DNA from: Candidatus Micrarchaeota archaeon
GTDB taxonomy: Archaea; B1Sed10-29; WALL01; WAMD01
Direction of reading: 5' to 3'
NCBI GenBank assembly: GCA_964652335.1
Contig: CAZZDL010000018.1
Coordinates: forward strand, 1-15,216
DNA length: 15,216 nt
Shown here: positions 6,785-14,700 of the stretch, one piece after another
Position numbering within the stretch: the first letter of the stretch is position 1
How the letters are laid out: every line of letters begins with the position of its first letter
Translations under genes and position numbers: made by a program
The notes under the pieces: generated by a model
Database searches by the model: none
Told to the model about the DNA's origin: nothing
What the model saw: only the letters and a program-made list of their open reading frames with translations

Positions 6785-8671
6785 ATGCCTAGAAACTTGT
6801 TTGTATGGTTATGCAAGAGATTGGCTCTGTTTCCCACAAAGGATGCAAAATACAGCGAGGAATTCAAGGAATCGTTGGAATTACTTGGATGGGATATCTC
6901 ACCAGAGGAGATTATATCTGCGAGCAGGTTTTTAATGGTATTGGCTTTCTTTGTGTTCTTGATTCTTACCCTAATATTCTTCATATTTGATTTTCCGTTT
7001 ATCTACCCGCTCATTGGCATGTTGATATTTCCAATAATTGTTCTTCATGTGGTTACTGAATATTCAAAGAATAAGGCGAAGCTAGAAATAATGAAAGCAT
7101 TAAGCGAATCTCCCAGAACGCTAGCTTATATAGTAGTACTTTTGAAACAGAACCCGAATCTAGAGGAGGCAGTAAGGTTTGCATCTGAGTTTAGTGAAGG
7201 GAAAATTGCACAGGACTTGAAAAAAGCTTTGTGGGATGTCTGGAGTGGGAAGGCAGTAAACGTAAAGGAAAGGTTATTGCCCATAGCAGATAAATGGGGT
7301 AAGTATTCTACTGATTTTAAGAGAACAGTTTATTCCATAGTAGCCAGTATGGGAGAGGGGGATGACACGAGAAGGAACATAACCCTAGACAGGGCGTTGA
7401 AGACTCTTCTTGATGGGATATTGTTCAAGATAAAGAATTTCGTCAATTCTTTGTATGTCCCTACAATGATACTATTCAGCTTTGGAACTGTTGTTCCATT
7501 GATGTTTATCTCTTTATTGCCTGTGTTGGGAATATTTGGTATAGATATAATAAATGGATGGAGTGTGGGGTTGTTCCTACTAATTAGCCTTCTCCTGCTT
7601 TACGCGTATTCTAATAGGATAATAGCCAAAAGACCGTCTACATTCCCGATAGAGGAAATCCCTCACATGGAAGGATTTCCAAAGGAAGGGGAGCTCCTTA
7701 TAGCTGGTAGAAGACTGCCCACTAGCTTAGTTATGTTAGCGATATTCTTTCTGATAGGTTTTCCTGGGATAGTGTTTGTTTTTCATGACATTGGCGTGAT
7801 ACATATTACATTGGAAAAAAGGTTAACCCAGTATTTGGCTTTATCACTTGTCTGGGCAGTTGGGCTGGATGTGACCTTGTATGCCTACGGGAAATCGCAC
7901 TTTAAGAGGGAGATCTTGAGAAAGATGAAAAAATTGAATACCGAGATAATGGAGGTTATGTATACTCTGTCGAGCAGGTTAATGGAGGGTAGACCGCCAG
8001 AGGATGCTATATACTTTGTTTACCAGTCATTCCCGGGGACAGAGCTAGGTAAGAGGATGAAGATAGCTTACGACAATATAAAGAGGAGGAATGCCACCCT
8101 TTCGGATGCTTTGTTTAACAAGTCGTTTGGGGCATTGAAAGATGTATACTCTAAAACAGTGCTATCGCTATTCAAGCTGTTTTCCGTCTCTGCTAAAAAG
8201 GGCCACAAGACTGCCTCTAGAATGCTCACAATAATAACAAGTAATTTTGAAGAGCTAGACAAAGTGGAAAAGGAATTGCAAAACATGCTAGCTAAGAGCA
8301 TGGCTATGCTTAAGATGACTGTTTTGTTTATTGCCCCTGTTATATCTGGTGTGATTGTATCGTTGTATGATGTGCTTTCAACAAATCTGGCCATGTCACA
8401 GAAGCAGATGTCCTCAATAGGGGTGGGAGGTAATCTATTTGGTTCATTCTTCCTAGCAAAGCCGCCCTCTTTGTCTGTGGGAATGTTGGCTTTGCTTATT
8501 GGGCTTTACTTAATCGGCGTGACTGTGGTGCTTACAAGGTATATCGTCATAATTGAGGAGGGGCCAAACAAGACCAGAATATTGGAAAATTTGTACAAGG
8601 TTGTTCCAATATCACTTATTATATTTACCTTATCCATAATATTAACAACAAGTTTGATTGGTAATTTGTAG
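6785..8671 (+). CDS. Type II secretion system F / TadC / FlaJ-like membrane platform protein of an archaeal type IV pilus system
   Basis: 628 aa with two cytoplasmic T2SSF-like helical domains (NPNLEEAVRFASEFSEGKIAQDLKKALWDV; RLMEGRPPEDAI...GTELG), each flanked by TM bundles. Followed by class III signal-peptide genes. Confidence 0.82.
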   Translation: MPRNLFVWLCKRLALFPTKDAKYSEEFKESLELLGWDISPEEIISASRFLMVLAFFVFLILTLIFFIFDFPFIYPLIGMLIFPIIVLHVVTEYSKNKAKLEIMKALSESPRTLAYIVVLLKQNPNLEEAVRFASEFSEGKIAQDLKKALWDVWSGKAVNVKERLLPIADKWGKYSTDFKRTVYSIVASMGEGDDTRRNITLDRALKTLLDGILFKIKNFVNSLYVPTMILFSFGTVVPLMFISLLPVLGIFGIDIINGWSVGLFLLISLLLLYAYSNRIIAKRPSTFPIEEIPHMEGFPKEGELLIAGRRLPTSLVMLAIFFLIGFPGIVFVFHDIGVIHITLEKRLTQYLALSLVWAVGLDVTLYAYGKSHFKREILRKMKKLNTEIMEVMYTLSSRLMEGRPPEDAIYFVYQSFPGTELGKRMKIAYDNIKRRNATLSDALFNKSFGALKDVYSKTVLSLFKLFSVSAKKGHKTASRMLTIITSNFEELDKVEKELQNMLAKSMAMLKMTVLFIAPVISGVIVSLYDVLSTNLAMSQKQMSSIGVGGNLFGSFFLAKPPSLSVGMLALLIGLYLIGVTVVLTRYIVIIEEGPNKTRILENLYKVVPISLIIFTLSIILTTSLIGNL

Positions 8672-8682
8672 GAGGTGGGCAA

Positions 8683-8904
8683 ATGATAACAGAGATAAAA
8701 TTTGCTGTTTGGAGGTTCCTAAAAGACAAGAAAGGTATAGAAGCGATGCCTATAAAGTACGTAATAATAATGTTAGTAGCAGCGGTTATGCTAGGGATAA
8801 TTGCATACATACTAGTGACGTTAAGGTCTGGAAGCCAATATGCTGTTACTGAGATAAACAAGACAATGACTGAAAAAATAAACGAAAGCCTAAGCCAGCT
8901 GTGA
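8683..8904 (+). CDS. Very small type IV pilin-like protein with class III signal peptide
   Basis: FLKDKKG|IEAMPIKYVIIMLVAAVMLGIIAYIL; strong GGAGGTGG SD; predicted mature length 55 aa. Confidence 0.8.
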   Translation: MITEIKFAVWRFLKDKKGIEAMPIKYVIIMLVAAVMLGIIAYILVTLRSGSQYAVTEINKTMTEKINESLSQL

Positions 8905-8916
8905 GAGCGATCACAT

Positions 8917-9306
8917 ATGGAAGAAATGCCGTTCAAGATAATGGTTGCTCTCTTAATTGGTGCAGTAGTTCTAACAATAGGCATTCAGGCTGTGAAAACA
9001 TACATAAACATTCAAACGAGGAAGGGATTTGCCGACGATGTTATAGTGATAAAAGAAACCATGGACACTCTAGTAAGTATGAGTGATAAAGGGAGCTTTT
9101 CTAGAGTACACGTCGTTATTCCAAAGGATTGTAAGATTTCTTTTTCAGGGAGCAAAATGACTGTTAACTTCTTTGGGGACACGAGGGAGTACAATATTCC
9201 AGGTCAGATAGTAAGTCCTAGAGAATATGGTCCAGGTACGTATGATCTAGTAATCTATTATGGAACTCCAGAGAAACAGGACGAATATATGATCGCATTT
9301 GAGTGA
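8917..9306 (+). CDS. Pilin-like protein lacking the basic leader peptide
   Basis: N-terminus MEEMPFKIMVALLIGAVVLTI matches the mature N-terminus of 8683..8904 (9/21 identical). The helix is followed by a beta-rich head (GSFSRVHVVIP). Confidence 0.75.
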   Translation: MEEMPFKIMVALLIGAVVLTIGIQAVKTYINIQTRKGFADDVIVIKETMDTLVSMSDKGSFSRVHVVIPKDCKISFSGSKMTVNFFGDTREYNIPGQIVSPREYGPGTYDLVIYYGTPEKQDEYMIAFE

Positions 9307-9698
9307 TGCTAATGAAGGGGTTCATTGACTGGATGATAGTCAAATCTTCAATACTGGTGCTTGGGGCAGTTTTGCTTGTGTTGCTTCTGTCTTTGGTTTC
9401 TTTCCATTTTTATTTTGCCAAACAGGATAGAGCCAGTAAGACGCTAATGAATATTGCACTAGTAGTTGATAGTGTCTGTGCCTCTCCATATAACATATCC
9501 ACAGAATTTGAAGCGAGTGGAGACAGCTTATCTTGCGATAATGAAACCCTAATCATGCAGTATTCTGCCAATGGAATTTCAGGGAGGAAAAAGGTCTTAT
9601 GTTGTTTTTCAGGCAGTCCAAGACATTTCTCTAAAATAAGGATAACAAAACGGCTGACTGATGGGAACAGTGAGGTGACTGTGGTTGGACTGGCTTGA
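9303..9698 (+). CDS. Minor pilin-like protein with class III signal peptide
   Basis: MKG|FIDWMIVKSSILVLGAVLLVLLL; amphipathic helix then beta-rich head; 4 Cys. Start may be 9306 or 9312. Confidence 0.75.
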   Translation: MMLMKGFIDWMIVKSSILVLGAVLLVLLLSLVSFHFYFAKQDRASKTLMNIALVVDSVCASPYNISTEFEASGDSLSCDNETLIMQYSANGISGRKKVLCCFSGSPRHFSKIRITKRLTDGNSEVTVVGLA

Positions 9699-10041
9699 GG
9701 ATTTGATGACTATACTACCAAACATAATATTGATAATCGTACTGGTCATATCTCTTACTGGCATTTATGTACATTATTTGAAAAATTCAGAGGCGGTTAC
9801 AAAATCAAGAATATGTTTAGAAAACGTGGAGTATGTGATTAGATCTAACCAAGGTAAGCTACCCACTTCTCTGCTTTCAAATTGCGATCTTGGAATAAAT
9901 GCCCAGATGGAAGTAGAAGACCTAGAGACAGGCCAGAAATGTATCAGTGAAACTAGAAATTACTCTGTAAGTATTTCATTGCCTGTGCTGATCTCGTATG
10001 GAAAGACTACCCATATGGGGATGGTGACATGCAGAATATGA
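9685..10041 (+). CDS. Minor pilin-like protein (N-terminal TM helix, no basic leader)
   Basis: TTG start with GAGGTGA SD (9672-9678). MDWLEDLMTILPNIILIIVLVISLTGIY; 4 Cys; C-terminal SISLPVLI...GMVTC strands. Confidence 0.7.
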   Translation: MDWLEDLMTILPNIILIIVLVISLTGIYVHYLKNSEAVTKSRICLENVEYVIRSNQGKLPTSLLSNCDLGINAQMEVEDLETGQKCISETRNYSVSISLPVLISYGKTTHMGMVTCRI

Positions 10042-10559
10042 AACAGAAGAGAAAAGCAAAAAAGGGGCAGGCTATTATAGATACTGTAGTACTCTTTCTA
10101 GTTGTGGCTGTTGTCCTTGTTACTATGTATGTATACGTTGGGGAGAGGTCAATTGCTTTTCAGTCAGTTAGGTATGAATCTTCATTGCACCAATCTGCGT
10201 TGACTTCTATACTAAATTATTATTTTGATATAACCTATGCCAGGGGGACCCTAGCTGATTTGCTCATTCAATCAGACTGCTCTTCTATAAATCTCCAATC
10301 AGACCTATCCAAAAAAGTTAAGGAGAAGTTGAATTTAATAAATAGTAAGAAGGATAGACATTACATATTATACGCCGAAGATAGTCAAAGAAGCAGGACT
10401 TTGTTACATGTGTTTGATAATTATTCCACTGTGTGCATGGACGATATTGCCTTAGCCAGGTGGGAGGTTAAAGGAAGTTGCAGCGACGGCAACCAAGTAT
10501 CAATTGAGGTTGTTTACGGAAGCTGGCCATATTGGAAGAAAGTAAGGCCAGTATGCTAA
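10029..10559 (+). CDS. Minor pilin-like protein with class III signal peptide
   Basis: KRKAKKG|QAIIDTVVLFLVVAVVLVTMY (Q+1, acidic residue at +5); 4 Cys. Start is 10029 or 10038. Confidence 0.8.
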   Translation: MQNMKQKRKAKKGQAIIDTVVLFLVVAVVLVTMYVYVGERSIAFQSVRYESSLHQSALTSILNYYFDITYARGTLADLLIQSDCSSINLQSDLSKKVKEKLNLINSKKDRHYILYAEDSQRSRTLLHVFDNYSTVCMDDIALARWEVKGSCSDGNQVSIEVVYGSWPYWKKVRPVC

Positions 10560-10573
10560 AAGAGGTGGTTGTT

Positions 10574-10927
10574 ATGATTTTCAAGATCAAAGGAAAGATA
10601 GAAGCGTTGGAAAAGACAGTGAAGGCTCTGCAGAAGAAGATTATAGATATGCAGGATGAGCTAAGCGTTGCAAGAACCCATATAGCTCAAGCGGAAAAGG
10701 ATATAAAAAAGATTTCTCTGCTTGGATCAAAGAATGATGAAAGCATAAAGAAACTAGACCTAAGGATTACTAAATTGGAAGTGAGGTTATCTAAGTTAGC
10801 CATTTCATTGAATAGGATAGAGTCATTGGTAGAAGAGCTGGAAAAGAAGAAGGGAGCTGAGAAAGAAGAGAGAAAGATGAGAAAGAAAAGCAAGGGCAAA
10901 TCAAGAGGAGGGAAGAAATCTAAATGA
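10574..10927 (+). CDS. Soluble coiled-coil protein with Lys/Arg-rich C-terminal tail
   Basis: Continuous heptad pattern (IEALEKTVKALQKKIIDMQDEL...LDLRITKLEVRLSKLAISLNRIESLVEEL) and tail RKMRKKSKGKSRGGKKSK. GAGGTGG SD before ATG 10574 (the ORF extends to 10532). Confidence 0.8.
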   Translation: MIFKIKGKIEALEKTVKALQKKIIDMQDELSVARTHIAQAEKDIKKISLLGSKNDESIKKLDLRITKLEVRLSKLAISLNRIESLVEELEKKKGAEKEERKMRKKSKGKSRGGKKSK

Positions 10928-11724
10928 AAGGAGTGGCACTATCTCCCATACTTGCAGTGGCTATCGTCCTCATTGGTATTGTTTATGCTGTTTATGTATT
11001 CCAGGCAGATAGTCTAGTCTCACACGGTATAACTAAAGAGGGAGAAGTGAAGAAGACCATCATTAATATGGATAAAAAGATAGCTGCGATTCCTGGTGTA
11101 GCCAGGGATGTCATTCTTGATAATCAGCACAGATTCCTGGCTGATGATGATATTGAGCTACGGATAAATGAAAAGCTAAAATCAACTCTGGGGATAACTG
11201 CCAATACCACAATCACTGGAGGCGATTGGGAAAAGACGTACATTCATGTGTTCATCCCAAGATACGAGACTAGAGTAGGAGATACTGTAGTCTCTATATC
11301 TAACTATTCCATTGACTATGAATTAGACGCTCCTAGGCCGGATAAACTGTATGAGATATACATGGGATTTGATCCGAGTGAATTATGCAGTCATATTGAA
11401 GATAACTCGGGTGACGATTGTCATGAATGCCCATGTGGACCTAATTGTACAACAACATATTGCACGTATTATAGACGGATAGATATAACTGGTTTTGAAA
11501 ACGATGAACACAAAAAATATAATATGAAAAGGGTGCAAATTGATGCCGTTAATGTATACCCTACAAAATGTTATGATTCAACAGAATGTGGTGGGGGATG
11601 TGGTTGTTCATGTCATATTGGTACTGTGTATTACTCCATTCGCATTTACGATCCGAAAAACCGATTTGTAAACTTCGATCTGATAAATAGGAATGGTGGA
11701 GACAGGTTTACTTGTTATGACTAG
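10924..11724 (+). CDS. Large pilin-like protein with class III signal peptide and Cys-rich C-terminal domain (candidate tip adhesin)
   Basis: MKG|VALSPILAVAIVLIGIVYAVY; 12 Cys, all in the C-terminal ~112 aa; last gene of the operon. Confidence 0.72.
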   Translation: MKGVALSPILAVAIVLIGIVYAVYVFQADSLVSHGITKEGEVKKTIINMDKKIAAIPGVARDVILDNQHRFLADDDIELRINEKLKSTLGITANTTITGGDWEKTYIHVFIPRYETRVGDTVVSISNYSIDYELDAPRPDKLYEIYMGFDPSELCSHIEDNSGDDCHECPCGPNCTTTYCTYYRRIDITGFENDEHKKYNMKRVQIDAVNVYPTKCYDSTECGGGCGCSCHIGTVYYSIRIYDPKNRFVNFDLINRNGGDRFTCYD

Positions 11725-11732
11725 GAAATAAC

Positions 11733-11753
11733 AGAAAAAAGAACAATCAAAAT
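11733..11753 (-). terminator. Putative archaeal oligo-T terminator of the large surface protein gene
   Basis: The minus strand reads ATTTTGATTGTTCTTTTTTCT just after the stop, in a 36-nt convergent intergenic gap. Confidence 0.5.
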
Positions 11754-11760
11754 AAGGGGT

Positions 11761-14700
11761 TTAGTCTAGCAAGTCACTTAGCCCATTCACCATGTCACTT
11801 CTAGACCTCTTCTTTGGTTTTTCAACGAGCTCGCTGACTCCTCTCGCTGGCGTAGACGGTTTAACTGGCTTCTTAACCGGAACTATCGGTTTTGGCTCTG
11901 GCTTTGGAGCAGGCTTTGTAACCTCTAGCTTTGGCTTTTTCTCTGGTTTGCTCTCCCCACGACTGGTTCTTAATGGTGGGGTTATAACTGGCATCTCTTT
12001 CTCTAGCGATGGCACAGTTGGAGCCCCTGGCTTTGCCCCTGGCCCAGGCATCTTTGCCATAGCTATCAAGACTAGCGCTGCAATTACAAATAGCGCAGCC
12101 CCTACTCCAGCTATCCATCCAATTAAGCTGAAGTCTAAGTTCAATCCAACCAAACCTGTCAGCCAGCCAACCTCTGGTTTCTTTTCTGTAGCATTGGTCT
12201 GATTGCCTATAGTTTTATTTCCAACTGTAACTGGCATTGGGGCTGTCTTGTTTATAATCTCTTCTGTCTTATTAGCTCCCCCTGTTTCTTCAACTGGAGT
12301 TTCATATGCAAAGGCTAATGGCTTTTCTTCTGATTTTATCATTGGAATTAATACATTGTACCTTCCTAGCTCCTTTGGAACTGAGAAAATCAATTTCACT
12401 TCTTCACCTGTCTCTACAGAGTCTATGTACCAAGCATAAACTGGATCCTTTTCCAGAACTTTCACTTTGCCTTTAGAAGCATTTACTGTTATATCGTTTG
12501 AAGATTCTGCGAAGTTCTTTGGTATCTTTTCAATGATTATAATATTGTCCATTGGTCTGTCAAATCTAACCTTCAGTATGTATCTGCTTTCTTTTATATC
12601 CCCGTTCTTAGCTACATATCCAAATGTCCTTGTGAACGTTACTCCTTCCCTTAGCTTGGATGTCCTGTCTTCCACATTGATTGCATTTATTCCTTCTAAT
12701 GCAACCTTCCCGTATTCGCTGGTCATATCTCCTTCTATTGTCTCCTTTGTGATCTCCTCTTCTGTATAATTGAACACAACCTTGTCTTCTTCGCTTGTGG
12801 AGGCAGCAGCTCCTCCTCCACTGCTGCCTCCTCCCCCACCTCCACCACCGCCACCGGTGTGTGGCGTTGGTTTAATTGGCTCCTCAATAGCTTCTGCGTA
12901 ATCTAATTCCGCTGTGTCCGAGTCTGTGCTCTCTGTATCTTTACCTATTATGTATAGTGTTATCTTGTTCCCTGATGTAAAGTTATACTCAAACGTTGCA
13001 TTGAACTCTATTGTGTAATCAGACACATTAGATATCGTTACGTTCATCGTCACGTTTGTAGTTATTGATTCTCCAGCTTCTTCAAGCGCATATGAGAGCG
13101 TGGATAATACGAAACAGGTCTCCCTCTCATTCGGATCGGTTATATTGATGCAATCATCTGATGTACTTATATTGTATGTGCCATTATTGAGCTTGACAGC
13201 AAAGGATACTATACTGTATGCAGTCCCCATGTCTGGATCATACACTGAGAAATTAGCCCCTAGTTTGTCGTCCTCTATCTTGTACAAAGTAGTATTGAAT
13301 ACATCTACATCTGAATTCTTTATCTCCACAGTGCCGACTATTATTGGATCACCAACTACTATTGTTCCATTTCTGTCAGCAGTCACATTCAACTCTGCAG
13401 TTATGTTTTGGTGTTTGTACACAGTAATATTAGATGGGAAGTAAGATGTGCCGTTTACTCCTTGAGTGGTGGCTATATAATTGCCATCTATGTACCAGTT
13501 TACAGTAGATATGTCTGTTCCGTTCTCAGGATCTGTAAAGTTCCAGCTAGCATGGAGTAGGGACACGTCCATAACAGTTACGTTTTCTGGAGTCAATGAG
13601 AGATTGGTTATGTTGGGCAATTCTGTAAATTCTACCTCTGTGGAATTCATCCAATCGCTGTATCCCTCGCCATCCCATGCTCTTGCGGAACACATTACTG
13701 TTGTTCTGTCAGTTGCATCTCCAGATATGGTAGTTTGTCCGTCATAGCTTGAATTGTATGTGCCGTTTATGTACCAGTGTATTTCAAAGCTTAGTGAGTC
13801 GTTATCTATATCTGTTGCATTTGCGTTACACGTAGCTTCGCTTCTTGGTGCCCTGCTTGTGTAATTGATCCAAACCGCATTTATCTCTGGGTTGGTGTTC
13901 AGTACCGTGGTTGTGTAGTTGGATGGGTTTCCACATCTGCCATCGTCTGCGCATGGAGTTACGCTGAATGTAATGTTATCATGCTTCTTGAATACTCCAG
14001 TTATGCATGTGTCATTCTTCCCTATTCCTTCCCTTGCGATGCTACCATTTACGAACCAGGTCCAGGTTGAATTGTCATTTCCTCCCAATGGATCTGTGAA
14101 GTTCCAGTCTCCACAAACAGTTGTATTTGTATATACATTCAACGGGGATATGGTAACGTTCGCTACTGGTCTACTTAGATCAAATGTTTCTGTTTTTGAC
14201 AATGTCTTGTTTACCTCTCCATCTGTGTAGTTCAGCTCACACGTAACATTTATCTGAGTTGTATATGAAGATAGGTCCAGAGTTGAGTTCTCCTCTTGAT
14301 TAGGCTGGGTGGTTCCATTGAAGCTTGTACTCTCATTTCCATCTACATACCATTTCCCGGTATATACAATAGTGTCATTGTCTGCATCAGTAAATTCAAA
14401 CGAACAGATAGCATTAAACCTATCCTTCGTTAAGTTAATCGTTCCATCAGGGGCTGAGTTTACTATAGTCAAGTTCCTTTCTATAGTGGATCCACATACC
14501 TTTCCTAGGTCATTATCATTGACACATTCGCTGGTAGATATTACAAGTGTTGCCCCTTTATGCCAATAGTCTCCCGCTAGGCCCACCAAATCTAGGGTAA
14601 TATTAGAAACATCTCCTGTTTCAGTTCCTGATGTAATTATGGTCCCATTATCTAGAGCTAGTGTCCAGTTAGTTTCATTGTTTGTTCTGGTATCATTTAA

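Noticed and set aside
1550..10899. Short alternative ORFs overlapping assigned genes (e.g. 1550, 2244, 4109, 4463, 4626, 5284, 5590, 5747, 6540, 6561, 6778, 6805, 8068, 8625, 8658, 8901, 9012, 10687)
   Set aside because: Each lies within or opposite a better-supported CDS and shows no recognisable motif.
11587..11616. CGCSCH (and CHEC upstream) as c-type heme-binding motifs
   Set aside because: No canonical CxxCH; only a Cx3CH inside a Cys/Gly-rich cluster that is better explained by disulfides. No cytochrome maturation genes in the window.
11380..11724. Diversity-generating retroelement variable region in the Cys-rich pilin
   Set aside because: No template repeat or reverse transcriptase in the window; it cannot be supported from this sequence.
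6785..11724. Archaellum (arl/fla) operon
   Set aside because: No archaellin-type N-termini (e.g. G-x-x-G-I-G-T-L-I-V-F-I-A), no ArlH/ArlI, and the coiled-coil protein lacks the ArlC/D/E signature.
12811..12855. Poly-G/GGN tract as a phase-variation slippage site
   Set aside because: Mixed glycine codons with no long homopolymer; it fits a selected flexible linker.
11792..14569. Series of + strand ORFs opposite the surface protein (11792, 12203, 12467, 13100, 13481, 13919, 14309, plus the minus-strand 11873..12118)
   Set aside because: The + strand ORFs are same-frame antisense shadows of a biased coding sequence, with Ser/Val/Phe-rich translations and no motifs. The minus-strand one is an alternate-frame overlap.
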